A stretch of 56,687 nt of DNA from an uncultured virus (IMG/VR IMGVR_UViG_3300045995_000154) (IMGVR_UViG_3300045995_000154); one strand, 5' to 3'; shown: positions 1 to 10,859, counted from the first letter of the stretch. A program made the numbers and translations. Notes: a model not told the origin generated them from the letters alone.

Positions 1-3000
1 CTACGTCTGTAGCTGTGGCTGTTGTGAATGTAGCTGTACTTGGAGTTACGTTACCAATTACTGTACCGTTAATGCTTGCTGCTGTGAAGCTGTCTGCTGT
101 TACGCTTGTGAACGAACCAGCTGCCCTAGTTGTACCACCAATTACTGTACCGTCAATTGTACCACCAGTAACTGTTACGTTGCTGCTGGACAAGTTAGTA
201 ATAGTACCTGTTGTAGCGCCTAATGTTGTTAAGCCTGTTACAGAACCGCTTGTAGCTTGTAAGTTAGCTGCTGTAGCTGTTGTGAAGCTACCTGTGCTGC
301 CGCTTACTGGAGTACCAGTAATTGCGCCGCCAGTTACTTGTGCATTAGCTGTTGTTACGGAACCAGCACTTGCTGCACCGCTTACTGCCAACGATGTCAA
401 TGTACCAACGGATGTTACATTTGGCTGTGCTGCTGTAGTCAATGTACCACCAACTGTCGTAGCTACTACGTTACCAGTGAATGCGCTAGCTACTAGGTCC
501 TTATTAAAGTTCCATGTGTCTGTTGCAAATGTGTACAAGATTGTCGCTGCTGCTGGGCCGTCAACTGTAATACCAGCGCCGTCTGCTGCCGCACCAGTCA
601 ATGCACCTTGTGCAATTGTGATGTTCTTATCAGCTACGGAAACTGTTGTGCTGTTAACTGTTGTAACGCTACCACCAACTGTCAAGTTACCTTCAACAAT
701 TGCGTCACCGCCAACGTTCAAGTTCTTAACAATACCAACACCGCCAGCAACCTTCAATGCGCCTGTTACAGTGCTTGTAGATTGTGTTGTGTCTGTGATT
801 GTTACTACATTGCTTGCGCTTAATGTTGTGAAAGCACCTGTGCTTGCAACGTTTGCGCCGATTGGTGTGTTATCAATACCACCAGTAGCACTGAAGCTTG
901 CTGCTGTTACTGTTGTGAACGTACCAGCTGCTGGAGTTACACCACCGATAACTGTACCGTTTACAGTACCGCCAGTGATTGTAGCTGCGCTTGTGCTTAA
1001 GCTGTTAGCTGTAGTTGCACCTAATGTAGCTGCACCAGAAACTGCAACGCTTGTCAATGTACCAACGGATGTTACATTTGGCTGTGCTGCTGTAGTTAAT
1101 GTACCACCAACGTTAGTTGCATTCATTGTTGTGAATGTACCTGCTGCCGCTGTTGTGCCACCAATAACTGTACCGTCAATTGCGCCACCGCTAATTTGTG
1201 CATTAGCTGTTGTCAATACTGTTGCACCAACTGTGCTGCCGCTTACTGTTGTACCAGTAATCGAACCGCCTGTCAATGTAACTGCGCCAGATGTCAATGT
1301 CGAGAACGAACCAGTGCTACCAGAGATTGGTGTGCTTGTAATAGCACCGCCAGTTACTTGTGCATTGCTTGTTGTCAAGCTAGTTGCAGAAACTGTAACA
1401 CCGCTTAGTGCGCCGCCAGTTGCTTGTACGTTAGCTGTCACTAAGCTGTTTACAGAAGCTGCACCAGTTGTACTCAATGTTGTAAACGCACCAGTGCTTG
1501 GTGTTGTTGCACCAATTGTAGTAGCATCAATTGTACCGCCAGTAATAACTGCACCACCTGTTGTTACAGAAGTTGCTGTTACGTTACCGCCAGTAATTTG
1601 TGCATTACCAGAAGCAAAGTTAGTTACTGTACCGTTTGTAGCAGTCAATGTTGTCAAGCCAATTACAGAACCACCAGTTACTTGTGCATTGCTTGTTGTC
1701 AATACTGTTGCACCAACTGTTGCACCAGAGATTGGTGTACCAGTGATTGTGCCGCCAGTAATTGTAACGTTGCCGGATGCAAAGTTTGTAGAAGTTAAAT
1801 CTGTTAAACCAGTTACGGAACCGCTTGTAGCTGTAATTGGACCAGTTGTTACGCTTGTGAACGCACCAGTAGAACCGCTAATTGGCGTATTGCTGATGTT
1901 ACCACCAGTGATAATTGCGTTAGCTGTGGACAACGATGTAACTGCAACGGTAACACCACTTAACGAACCGCCAGTGATTTGTGCGTTGCCTGTAGTCATT
2001 ACAGTGAACGAACCAGTGCTGCCAGAGATTGGTGTGCTTGTAATAGCACCACCGGAAATCTGTGCATTGCCAGTTGTAACTAATGTCGAACTTACTGCGC
2101 TTAAACCAGTAGCAGAACCACCAGTAATTGCTGCGCCAGCAGTTGTCATTGTTGTGAAACTACCTGTGGAGCCGCTGATTGGAGTGTCAACAATTGTACC
2201 ACCAGTTACTGCTACGTTGCCAGAAGACAAGTTAGTTACAGTACCTGTTACTGCGCTCATTGTTGTTAACCCAGTTGCTTTGCCGCCAGTTACTTGCGCA
2301 TTAGCAGTAAACAATGTTGTAAATGTACCGTCTGCCGCTGTTGTCGCACCAATGACTGTACCGTCAATTGTACCACCAGTTACTGTTACGTTACCAGAAG
2401 ACAAGTTAGTTACTGAACCAGTAGTTGCCGCAAAGTTTGTGATACCAGAGATGTTACCACCAGTTGCTTGCAAGTTAGCTGTAGCAATAGCACCGTGAAT
2501 TACGCCACCAACCCATAGATCCTTAACAATGCCAGCGCCGCCAGCAGTGTTTAAGCTACCAGTGGTTGTGCTTGTTGCATCAACTGCGCTTGTGATGGTT
2601 ACATCAGGAGCAACAAAGTTCTTGTTTACGTTCCATGTGTCTGCTGTGCCATCATATGTGAATGTTGCACCAGAACCAGCTACTGTTAAACCAGAGCCGT
2701 CAGCAGTAGCATTGTCAATCGCACCAACTGCAAGAGTGATGTTGTTGTCTACTGTAGATAAGCTTGTGGAATTAACTGTTGTAGTTGTACCGTTAACTGT
2801 TAAGTTGCCACCAATGATAGTGTCGCCACCAACGTTTAAGTTCTTAGCAATACCAACACCACCTGCTGTAACAATAGCGCCAGTAGTTGTACTTGTGCTT
2901 TGTACATTAGATGTGAATGTTGTCGCACCATTGGAAGTCAATGTTGTGAAAGCACCAGTGGAAGGAACTGCATTACCAACTGGAGTATTATTGATACTGT

Positions 3001-5938
3001 CAGATGTGAAGCTGCTTGCGCTTAATGTTGTAAAAGAACCAGTGCTGCCAGAGATTGGTGTGTTAGTAATTGCACCACCAGTTACTTGTGCATTGCTTGT
3101 TGTCAATACTGTTGCACCAACTGTCGAACCGCTAACTGGAGTACCAGTAATTGCGCCGCCAGTTACTTGAGCGTTAGCTGTAGTTACGCTTGTGGCATTA
3201 ACTGTAACACCGCTTAATGCGCCGCCAGTTGCTTGTAAGTTACCAGTTGTTGCTGTTGTGAAGCTACCTGTATCACCAGAGATTGGTGTGTTAGTAATTG
3301 CACCACCAGAAATCTGTGCGTTAGCAGTAGTCACCAAAGCAGAAGCTACGGATGTCATGCCAGTAGCAGAACCACCAGTTGCTTGCAAGTTGCTTGTAGT
3401 TACCGAAGTACCTTGTACAGTGGAGCCGCTGATTGGTGTACCAGTAATGTTACCACCTGTAATTTGTGCGCTACCAGTTGTTACTGTTGTAGAGCTTACA
3501 TTGGTCATACCAGTGATATTACCGCTTGTAGCTGTTAATCCACCAGTGCTTACGCTTGTGAATGTACCTGCTGCCGCTGTTGTAGCGCCGATTGGAGTTG
3601 CGTTGATAGCACCGCCACCGATAACTGCATTGTTAGTTGTAACATTTGTAGAGCTAACATCTGTCATTCCAGTTACGGAACCGCCAGTAGCTTGTAAGTT
3701 ACCTGTGCTTACGCTTGTGGCAGAAACAGTAGAACCGCTTACTGGTGTACCATAAATGTTGCCACCGGTGATAACTGCATTGCCTGTGCTGAAGTTAGTA
3801 GCAGAAGCTGTAGTTGCACTCAATGTTGTCAAGCCAGTTACAGAACCGCTTGTAGCTGTTAAGCCACCAGTTGTAACGTTAGTAAACGAACCAGTAGAAC
3901 CGCTGATTGGTGTGTTCTGGATATCACCACCAGTAACTTGTGCGTTAGCTGTTGTCAATACTGTGAACGAACCAGTGCTGCCGCTTACTGGAGTACCGCT
4001 GATATTACCACCAGTAATCTGTGCGTTAGCTGTTGTGAAGCTTGTAGCACCTAATGCTACGCCAGTTACGGAACCGCCAGTGATCTGTGCGTTGCTAGTT
4101 GTTACGCTTGTAGCGTCAACTGTCATACCGCTGATTGCACCGCCAGTTAATGTAGCTGAACCAGATGTCAATGTCGAGAACGAACCAGTGCTACCAGAGA
4201 TTGGGCTGCTTGTGATTGTAACACCAGACATTGTACCACCAGTAACTACTGCGTTAGCTGTTGTTACGCTTGTACCTTGTACAGTAGAACCGCTAACTGG
4301 GGTACCGCTGATTGCACCGCCAGTTACTTGAGCGTTAGCTGTTGTAACGGAAGTTGCAGAAACGGTAACACCGCTTAATGCGCCGCCAGTTGCTTGTAAG
4401 TTACCAGTTGTTGCTGTTGTGAACGAACCAGTGCTGCCGCTTACTGGTGTGCTAGTGATAGCGCCGCCAGAGATTTGAGCGTTGCCAGTTGTTACTGTTG
4501 TCGAGCTCAATGCTGTCATGCCAGTAGCAGAACCACCTGTAGCTTGTAAGTTACTTGTAGCAATGTTACCGTGGATTGTGCCGCCTACCCATAAGTCAAT
4601 AGCAACACCTGCACCACCAGCAGTTGTCAAGTCACCAGTTGTTGGGCTTGTGCTGTTTGTTACACCACTTAATGCTAATGCAGGAGCAGTAACATCTTTA
4701 TTTAAATTCCATGTATCTGTTGCTTGAACATAAGTTAATGTTGCGTTTGCACCAGCTACAGTTAAACCACCGCCGTCAGCTTGTGCTGCGGTTGTAGCGT
4801 CTTTGGCTACAGTGATGTTTAAGTCAGCAACCGCTACTGTTGTAGAGTTAACTGTTGTAGTTGTACCTGCAACTGTTAAGTTACCACCAATAACAGTATC
4901 GCCACCAACGTTTAAGTTCTTAGCAATACCAACACCGCCAGCAATAACTACAGCGCCATTGTTTGTCAATGTGCTTTGTGTAGCGTCTGTGAATGTTGTT
5001 GCGCCGTTAGCTGCTAACGATGTGAACGCACCAGTGGAAGGAGTTGCATTACCAACTGGAGTATTGTTGATGCTGCTGAATGTAGCAGGACCGCCAGTTA
5101 CTGTTGTGAATGTTGCTGCTGCAGGAGTTGTACCACCAATAACTGTACCGTTTACAGTGCCACCGGAGATAGTAGCTGTAGCGATAGTTGCTGTAGTAGC
5201 ACTTACGTTACCGTTGAATGTAGGAGCAGTTACAGCACCAGTTACAGCTAATGTACCAGAAACTGTTTCGTTACCAGCAACCACTACTGTGGTGCCAGTT
5301 AAAACAACGTTACCTGTACCATTGCCGCTTAAGTTCAAGCTACTGTTTGTAGTAGCTGCGGAAATAGTTGTGTCAGAAACTGTTAAGTTACCGAACGAAG
5401 CGTTGTTTGCAACACCCATTGTACCAGTGTATGTATAACCAACAATGTAAACAACCTTACCGCTTAAAGCTGTAGGGACGTTAGTGTCAGCAAAGTTTAA
5501 AACACCTGCTTGGTAGTCAAATATCCAAGCGTCATTGTTACCGGAACCGTCCGGTGCTAACAATGTACCAGTGCTTTGTGGATTTGCTGCGCCAGCTGTG
5601 TCAGCGTATGCCTTAACAGTGTAGCTCGAACCAAACTCTGGAGGAATCCATTTTGCGATACTTGTCAACCAAGTACGTGTAGATGGAACTACTGTAGGAT
5701 CAGCCGCAGCCATAATAGATGCGGTACCAGTGCGAACATGTACTACACCAGATGTAGAACCTGGTGCTGTACTTGGGATGTCACCAGATTGGTTCCATAG
5801 TGTGTCGCCACGAACCAATAGCGGGCTCGCTATTGCTTCGTTACTAGGAGATTTATTTCCTGCAACGTCTGTTTTAGTGACGCCGTATACTAACTTCTTG
5901 TACAGGTCGTCAATTTTTTGTGTATCGCTAATTGCCAT
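1..5938 (-). CDS. Giant Thr/Gly/Ser/Ala-rich repeat virion fibre/adhesin-like protein (>1979 aa, truncated at left window edge; not in ORF track)
   Basis: ATG at 5938-5936 after AGGAG RBS; starts MAISDTQKIDDLYKKLVYGVTKTD. The same frame reads ...GNVTPSTATFTTATATDV at position 2, and the track lists no stop-terminated ORF in this frame. Built of TGNAQITGG/TPISGSTGSF-type repeats; lies downstream of other structural genes. Confidence 0.9.
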   Translation of the reverse strand, partial: MAISDTQKIDDLYKKLVYGVTKTDVAGNKSPSNEAIASPLLVRGDTLWNQSGDIPSTAPGSTSGVVHVRTGTASIMAAADPTVVPSTRTWLTSIAKWIPPEFGSSYTVKAYADTAGAANPQSTGTLLAPDGSGNNDAWIFDYQAGVLNFADTNVPTALSGKVVYIVGYTYTGTMGVANNASFGNLTVSDTTISAATTNSSLNLSGNGTGNVVLTGTTVVVAGNETVSGTLAVTGAVTAPTFNGNVSATTATIATATISGGTVNGTVIGGTTPAAATFTTVTGGPATFSSINNTPVGNATPSTGAFTSLAANGATTFTDATQSTLTNNGAVVIAGGVGIAKNLNVGGDTVIGGNLTVAGTTTTVNSTTVAVADLNITVAKDATTAAQADGGGLTVAGANATLTYVQATDTWNLNKDVTAPALALSGVTNSTSPTTGDLTTAGGAGVAIDLWVGGTIHGNIATSNLQATGGSATGMTALSSTTVTTGNAQISGGAITSTPVSGSTGSFTTATTGNLQATGGALSGVTVSATSVTTANAQVTGGAISGTPVSGSTVQGTSVTTANAVVTGGTMSGVTITSSPISGSTGSFSTLTSGSATLTGGAISGMTVDATSVTTSNAQITGGSVTGVALGATSFTTANAQITGGNISGTPVSGSTGSFTVLTTANAQVTGGDIQNTPISGSTGSFTNVTTGGLTATSGSVTGLTTLSATTASATNFSTGNAVITGGNIYGTPVSGSTVSATSVSTGNLQATGGSVTGMTDVSSTNVTTNNAVIGGGAINATPIGATTAAAGTFTSVSTGGLTATSGNITGMTNVSSTTVTTGSAQITGGNITGTPISGSTVQGTSVTTSNLQATGGSATGMTSVASALVTTANAQISGGAITNTPISGDTGSFTTATTGNLQATGGALSGVTVNATSVTTANAQVTGGAITGTPVSGSTVGATVLTTSNAQVTGGAITNTPISGSTGSFTTLSASSFTSDSINNTPVGNAVPSTGAFTTLTSNGATTFTSNVQSTSTTTGAIVTAGGVGIAKNLNVGGDTIIGGNLTVNGTTTTVNSTSLSTVDNNITLAVGAIDNATADGSGLTVAGSGATFTYDGTADTWNVNKNFVAPDVTITSAVDATSTTTGSLNTAGGAGIVKDLWVGGVIHGAIATANLQATGGNISGITNFAATTGSVTNLSSGNVTVTGGTIDGTVIGATTAADGTFTTLFTANAQVTGGKATGLTTMSAVTGTVTNLSSGNVAVTGGTIVDTPISGSTGSFTTMTTAGAAITGGSATGLSAVSSTLVTTGNAQISGGAITSTPISGSTGSFTVMTTGNAQITGGSLSGVTVAVTSLSTANAIITGGNISNTPISGSTGAFTSVTTGPITATSGSVTGLTDLTSTNFASGNVTITGGTITGTPISGATVGATVLTTSNAQVTGGSVIGLTTLTATNGTVTNFASGNAQITGGNVTATSVTTGGAVITGGTIDATTIGATTPSTGAFTTLSTTGAASVNSLVTANVQATGGALSGVTVSATSLTTSNAQVTGGAITSTPISGSTGSFSTLTSGAVTLTGGSITGTTVSGSTVGATVLTTANAQISGGAIDGTVIGGTTAAAGTFTTMNATNVGGTLTTAAQPNVTSVGTLTSVAVSGAATLGATTANSLSTSAATITGGTVNGTVIGGVTPAAGTFTTVTAASFSATGGIDNTPIGANVASTGAFTTLSASNVVTITDTTQSTSTVTGALKVAGGVGIVKNLNVGGDAIVEGNLTVGGSVTTVNSTTVSVADKNITIAQGALTGAAADGAGITVDGPAAATILYTFATDTWNFNKDLVASAFTGNVVATTVGGTLTTAAQPNVTSVGTLTSLAVSGAASAGSVTTANAQVTGGAITGTPVSGSTGSFTTATAANLQATSGSVTGLTTLGATTGTITNLSSSNVTVTGGTIDGTVIGGTTRAAGSFTSVTADSFTAASINGTVIGNVTPSTATFTTATATDV
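707..4936. repeat. Three ~2.1-kb super-repeat modules plus near-identical 44-60 bp internal repeats in the giant fibre gene
   Basis: GGVGI(A/V)KNLNVGG...TVNSTT...ADG...DTWN block anchored at 707, 2825 and 4901 (spacing 2118 and 2076 nt). Exact repeats at 3204-3262/4365-4423 (59 bp) and 1287-1330/4161-4204 (44 bp); 395-454/1052-1111 differ by 1 mismatch. Confidence 0.85.
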
Positions 5939-5961
5939 TTTAATTATTCTCCTAGATTATA

Positions 5962-8832
5962 TTAGTGTGTCGCGTTCGGGAAGCTCAATGCTGTAATGCT
6001 ATCACCAGCTACTAATGCAAAACGTACAAAGATATAGTTATTAGTGCTGCTGTTACTAGATACTGTACCAAATGTTACTGTCTTGCTTTGTGTTACCACG
6101 GAACCTGTAGTAATAGCACCGCCCAATGCGCAACCTGTGCTGCCGTTACCGCCTGTACCAGTACCTGGAACACCTGCGCCGCCGTAAGCCACAGTAGCGT
6201 CGATCCAACCATTAGTTGGGGAAGCTGTTGTGTCTAAACTGCTGCCTGGCAATGCAACTTGCACGCCAGAGATCTTGCCTGTTACAGCAATGTCGAACTT
6301 AGATGTTGCATCACGAGTGATACGGAATGTAATGTATTGTGTACCAGTACGGCCAGTGCTTAAGTCTGGACCAACTGGGAAATAGCCTGTGCTGTAGTTT
6401 GTAGTATCGTTCTTGATAGTACCGCCTACAACTGTAGCTTCATATGTTGGTAATGCTGAGCTGCTTGTCCAGCTTGTGATGCTGCCTGTAGTTGGAGTAG
6501 CACCTGTAGCTAAACCACCAACACGTACTGCACTTGCTGCACCGCCGGAACCGAATGTACCAACAACGATGTTGTTTTCATTTGGTGTTGCTGTGCTTGC
6601 TGCATCAATACGTAATACGTTGCCGCCTGGTGTTAATGCCAAGCTGCCTGTTGCATAGCTGTTTGCTGCGCTTACTGTAGGACCTACGCTGCTTACGCCA
6701 GTGCTGTTAGCAATGGAAGCTGTTGTAGAAACTGTAGCGGAACCAGAAGCAACATACAAGTTACGTGCAGGAGGAACTGTTACGCCTGCTGCGGTGTATG
6801 TTACCGTAGCTGGTGCTTGGAACGAACCACCTGCAGTGCCAGTAAAGAAGCTGTCTGTAGCTGGGTATAAGTCACCAGTTAAACGATTTGCTGTACCGCT
6901 GTATGTCCAAACTGCACTGGAAGTGTAGTGAGGAACGCTTGAGCTGTATGCAACTACGTTAGAAGTCACTGCAAAGCTGCTTTGTGTAATAACTGGAGTA
7001 CCAGGAGCCGCAGAGTCATAGTACCACCCAACTGTATTTGTTGGTGTACCAGCTGTGTCTGTCAAGTATACATCGTTCCAACCGCCAGCAACTGTACCAG
7101 AAGCTGCCGCGTCAAAGGAGTACCAGAAGCCTAAAGCTTGAGCAGACTTGCTACCGTAGTCAGCGTTGTCACTGATAACTAAATCGCTGTATGTACCGTT
7201 GTTACCAGTGCCAGAAACGATTGTGTGGGAACCAGAGGAAGCGCCGTTCTTCATAACGGAAACTGTACCGGAATCACCAGGGCCAACGTCGTTAGCTGCG
7301 TTTGTTGCGTATGTGTTTACACGCTTGTATGCCGAAATAGTTGTACCACCAGCTACAGAACGGCCACCAGTACCACTGTTGTCTGTCTGTGTGAAGTTAG
7401 TCATACGTAAACCGCTGCTTAAGCTGCTTACTGTCAATGTGAACGGAGAACCAGGGAATGTAGATGGTTGAGTTGGAACCAACTTGCCTAATACTTCATT
7501 CAAACGGTCAACTGCATCAGTAATGTATGTACCTGTTGTCCATGTAGTAATAGCTGGGCTGTTGTCAACTAATGTTCCAGTAGTTGGGGTACCTAATTGG
7601 ATAACATTACCACGAACGCCGGCGCCTGCCAAGCTTTGTAAACTTAAATTACCTGCACCGTCAGATGTCATAACCGAAGCTGCAACACCGTCAACTTGAG
7701 GCATTGTCAATGCGCCGATTTTAACGGAGCCAGAGCTGCTTAAGTTTAAGTTGCCGCTTAGGGAAGAAATTGTGTTGTTAGCTACTTGTACATTTGCAAT
7801 GTTAGCTAAACCACCGATGTTTACATCCTTAGCAATACCAACACCACCCGCAGTTACGATAGAACCAGTAGTTGTGCTTGTGCTGTTTACGTTAGATGAG
7901 ACTGTAACGTCACCAGTTACGCCTAAAGTACCACCAACTGTAGCATTACCTGTTACTGTAGATGTACCGACTGTAGCTGTACCAGCAGTGCTGATATTAC
8001 CAGCAGTTGCGGTGCCTGTTACGCTTAAGCTTGTCAATGTGCCAACGGATGTTACATTTGGTTGTGCTGCTGTTTGCAACGTACCAGTAATGCCACCAGT
8101 GGATGTTAATGTTGTGAACGTACCTGCTGCTGCAACGTTTGCACCAATAACGGAACCGTTAATAGGTGTATTGCTAATTGCGCCGCCGGAAATTTGTGCA
8201 TTTGCAGTAGTTAATACTGTTGCTTGTACAGTAGAGCCAGAAACTGGTGTGCTTGTAATAGCGCCGCCACTGATCTGTGCATTGCCAGATGTTAAGTTTG
8301 TGATTGTTGCGTATGCAGACGAAATGTTACCGCTAAATGTACCACCAGCGCCAACGCTGAAGCTAGAAGCAGAAATCGAACCTGTAATGTCTACGTTGCC
8401 TGTTGCTGTTACATCGTGTGCTTTGATGTTGACAAAGCCAGAGTTGTTAACTCCTGTGACACCTTCGCCTGTGTCTGTTGTAGCAATTGCTACGAATGCG
8501 CTATCAGCTTCGCTCCATAACCAAGCTGTGTTAACTGCGCCGTAGCCAGTTAAGGTTGCTAAGTTACGATTGACTAAAATACCAATGTCATAGCCTGTTA
8601 AGCTACCAATGTATCCATTGTTGAACACAACCACCGGATCGTTAACGTAGGTATTAGTGGAATTAACAACGCTGGAGCCACCAGACACTGTTAAGTTACC
8701 AATAATACTAACGTTTGAGTTAAGGGTTAAGTTCGGGTTAAAGTTTGCACCAACAAGTGTTTGGTTGGCAATCTTTTGGTATGTAATTGTCGAATCAGTG
8801 ATCTGATTATTTTTAATTCTAGTTACGGCCAT
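5962..8832 (-). CDS. Virion structural/fibre protein, Thr/Gly/Ser-rich (956 aa)
   Basis: Long ORF with GGAG RBS and TAAATA late promoter upstream; shares TAAQPNVTSVGTL and GGVGIAK modules with the giant fibre. Confidence 0.8.
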   Translation of the reverse strand: MAVTRIKNNQITDSTITYQKIANQTLVGANFNPNLTLNSNVSIIGNLTVSGGSSVVNSTNTYVNDPVVVFNNGYIGSLTGYDIGILVNRNLATLTGYGAVNTAWLWSEADSAFVAIATTDTGEGVTGVNNSGFVNIKAHDVTATGNVDITGSISASSFSVGAGGTFSGNISSAYATITNLTSGNAQISGGAITSTPVSGSTVQATVLTTANAQISGGAISNTPINGSVIGANVAAAGTFTTLTSTGGITGTLQTAAQPNVTSVGTLTSLSVTGTATAGNISTAGTATVGTSTVTGNATVGGTLGVTGDVTVSSNVNSTSTTTGSIVTAGGVGIAKDVNIGGLANIANVQVANNTISSLSGNLNLSSSGSVKIGALTMPQVDGVAASVMTSDGAGNLSLQSLAGAGVRGNVIQLGTPTTGTLVDNSPAITTWTTGTYITDAVDRLNEVLGKLVPTQPSTFPGSPFTLTVSSLSSGLRMTNFTQTDNSGTGGRSVAGGTTISAYKRVNTYATNAANDVGPGDSGTVSVMKNGASSGSHTIVSGTGNNGTYSDLVISDNADYGSKSAQALGFWYSFDAAASGTVAGGWNDVYLTDTAGTPTNTVGWYYDSAAPGTPVITQSSFAVTSNVVAYSSSVPHYTSSAVWTYSGTANRLTGDLYPATDSFFTGTAGGSFQAPATVTYTAAGVTVPPARNLYVASGSATVSTTASIANSTGVSSVGPTVSAANSYATGSLALTPGGNVLRIDAASTATPNENNIVVGTFGSGGAASAVRVGGLATGATPTTGSITSWTSSSALPTYEATVVGGTIKNDTTNYSTGYFPVGPDLSTGRTGTQYITFRITRDATSKFDIAVTGKISGVQVALPGSSLDTTASPTNGWIDATVAYGGAGVPGTGTGGNGSTGCALGGAITTGSVVTQSKTVTFGTVSSNSSTNNYIFVRFALVAGDSITALSFPNATH

Positions 8833-8854
8833 CTTTTATCTCCAGTTATATCCA

Positions 8855-8860
8855 TATTTA
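8855..8860 (-). promoter_or_regulatory. T4-type late promoter (TAAATA)
   Basis: TAAATA 22 nt upstream of ATG 8832; the motif recurs before most structural genes and a gp55-like sigma is encoded in the window. Confidence 0.65.
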
Positions 8861-8912
8861 GCTGCGTGTCGCTAATATGGCTATTACCAGCGGTTTTTAA
8901 AATGTGCGTACT

Positions 8913-10370
8913 TTAAAGTGGGAAGTAAAGTTTATACAATTTCAATGAGGCACCAGAAAGCGCCGATTGCGCTAATAGTCGTACATTACCAGCAGCTACA
9001 GTGGTAGTATAGGCAACCACATTTGCCGTACCTGCTGTTGCAGTCTGTGTAGCTGTAGACGTAATTCCGTCATGCATAACCATAACTTCAGACATATTTA
9101 AGTCGCCGTTAGCTGCTTGTGCCGTAACTGTATATTTTGCGGATCTATAATCAACCATTTTGAACTCGTCAATGATTACTGGGGAGGTGCCATAACTAAT
9201 AGTTGGGGAAACTACCGTAATCGAGTTTTGTTGCGCCATCTCTACCATTGGCGCCGTAGACAAGAACCGAACTTCTATAGTATCACCTGATTTTGGTACT
9301 TCGGTAAAGAGAATGTAGTTGGCAGAGTTAGGATCAACGGCATAAGCAATTCCTGGTTGTTGAACTGTACCGTTAATACTTACAATGATACTATCTTGTG
9401 TGGTGTGATAGTTTAGCAAGAATGTATCTTGCGAGTTGTTTCCGTAAAGTGACTGTGTAGACACTTCAGATTTCATACTGACCCAAGATGTACCGTTAAA
9501 ATACTCCGGAGCATTGGATTCTGTGTTATACCTAAATGATCCCAATGGGCCCGTAGGGCGTTGGGCTGTACTACCCACTGGTATAACTTGTGCTGCTGTA
9601 CTGTCAATAGTTAGCACAGCACCTGGTTGCGTGTGTATTGTTAAATTTCCATTAACATCGTATATGTTATTCGTATAAAGAGCGCCGCGTAGCTGTGCAT
9701 TTACAAACGGGGCATAAATGTTACCCGACGTTGTTAAACCAGTCAATGTACCAACGCTTGTTATGAATGGCTGTGCTGGTGTTAGCACATCACCGTTCAA
9801 AACGCCGTTCACTACTCCGTACATTACGCCATTTATATCGTTAGACAGAAAGTATCCAGCATTTAAATTGCCTACGTACATGTTTGGCGATGTAACTAGG
9901 CCAGTCCCGTTGCCTTGGATAGTTACATTACCGTTAGTTACACTTGTTGATAAAGTGGCACCATTGATGGTTAAGTCTTGCAAGAAGTTGCTGTTAGCCA
10001 ACCATACATTTGCGCTTGTCCAAGTCAACGTTCCACTACCATCCGTAGTAATAATGTCTAAATTGCTGCCGCCATTGATGTACACCGTACTCAAATCGCC
10101 TAGGGCGACCTCGCTGCCTACGTATAAGATACGATTGGCTTTGGCTGAAATAGTAGTACCGTTAATTAATACCCCACCGCCTTCGCTATCATCTGTTCCT
10201 ATTTTACCTTTGACAGTAAGAGTTTCGGTGACATTATCTGTGTTAATACCTACCTTAGACCCCGAAAAATCCAAATGCATTAACGTGGTTGTGTTGTTGA
10301 TAAAGGTCAGATTGCTTTGTCTGTCCAAGCTAGACGACAACATTTGTCCCGATATTCTTCCAATTGCCAT
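8913..10370 (-). CDS. Virion structural protein (fibre/baseplate-associated, 485 aa)
   Basis: MAIGRISGQML N-terminus; AQPFITSVGTL, GSTAQRP..G.FRYNT, VSINGTVQQPG and C-terminal YRSAKY motifs, typical of structural proteins of large T4-like phages; TAAATA at 10389-10394. Confidence 0.75.
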   Translation of the reverse strand: MAIGRISGQMLSSSLDRQSNLTFINNTTTLMHLDFSGSKVGINTDNVTETLTVKGKIGTDDSEGGGVLINGTTISAKANRILYVGSEVALGDLSTVYINGGSNLDIITTDGSGTLTWTSANVWLANSNFLQDLTINGATLSTSVTNGNVTIQGNGTGLVTSPNMYVGNLNAGYFLSNDINGVMYGVVNGVLNGDVLTPAQPFITSVGTLTGLTTSGNIYAPFVNAQLRGALYTNNIYDVNGNLTIHTQPGAVLTIDSTAAQVIPVGSTAQRPTGPLGSFRYNTESNAPEYFNGTSWVSMKSEVSTQSLYGNNSQDTFLLNYHTTQDSIIVSINGTVQQPGIAYAVDPNSANYILFTEVPKSGDTIEVRFLSTAPMVEMAQQNSITVVSPTISYGTSPVIIDEFKMVDYRSAKYTVTAQAANGDLNMSEVMVMHDGITSTATQTATAGTANVVAYTTTVAAGNVRLLAQSALSGASLKLYKLYFPL

Positions 10371-10402
10371 GTTAACGCTCCGTTTTTATATTTATTTGCT
10401 TC

Positions 10403-10858
10403 TTAGCCGTATACTGCATTGGTAGAATTCAAGTTAAACACTATAGTTATGTAGTTAGCGTTACCTGCAGAGTCAACTGTTGGCGGTGCGCTTACTAAAG
10501 TCAATGTCGATGGGACAGCGAAGGTGTAATGCACGCCGGGGATCTGATAAACCCCACCAATAAACACCATAAAGTCTGTTATATAATTAGCTTGATTATT
10601 GAGTTGAAGATCGTAGCCTACATCAGTACCAACAAATTCGTTGCCAGTGTGAGTCTCAATGATGATGTCTACTGTACCGCGGTTAGCTACATCCCACCAT
10701 TGCCCATTATAGAACCACTCAAGTTGATTTAGAGTGGTATTGAAGCGGATCATACCGTCTTGTGGTACCTGTGGACCACCAGCAGACGTAGACAACGGAA
10801 CTTGAATAGCTTTATTTGCTCCTGTTTGTAGCTTAACGTTTTTTAAATAACGACCCAT
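10403..10858 (-). CDS. Small virion structural protein
   Basis: GMIRFNTTLNQLEWF and VFIGGVYQIPG motifs parallel those of the neighbouring structural gene; tight operon spacing. Confidence 0.7.
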   Translation of the reverse strand: MGRYLKNVKLQTGANKAIQVPLSTSAGGPQVPQDGMIRFNTTLNQLEWFYNGQWWDVANRGTVDIIIETHTGNEFVGTDVGYDLQLNNQANYITDFMVFIGGVYQIPGVHYTFAVPSTLTLVSAPPTVDSAGNANYITIVFNLNSTNAVYG

Positions 10859-10859
10859 T

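Noticed and set aside
15..5438. Long plus-strand Val/Pro/Ala-rich ORFs (15-2498, 2529-3170, 3192-4331, 4803-5438 etc.)
   Set aside because: Antisense shadows of the minus-strand fibre gene caused by its biased codons; no RBS, and broken by stops
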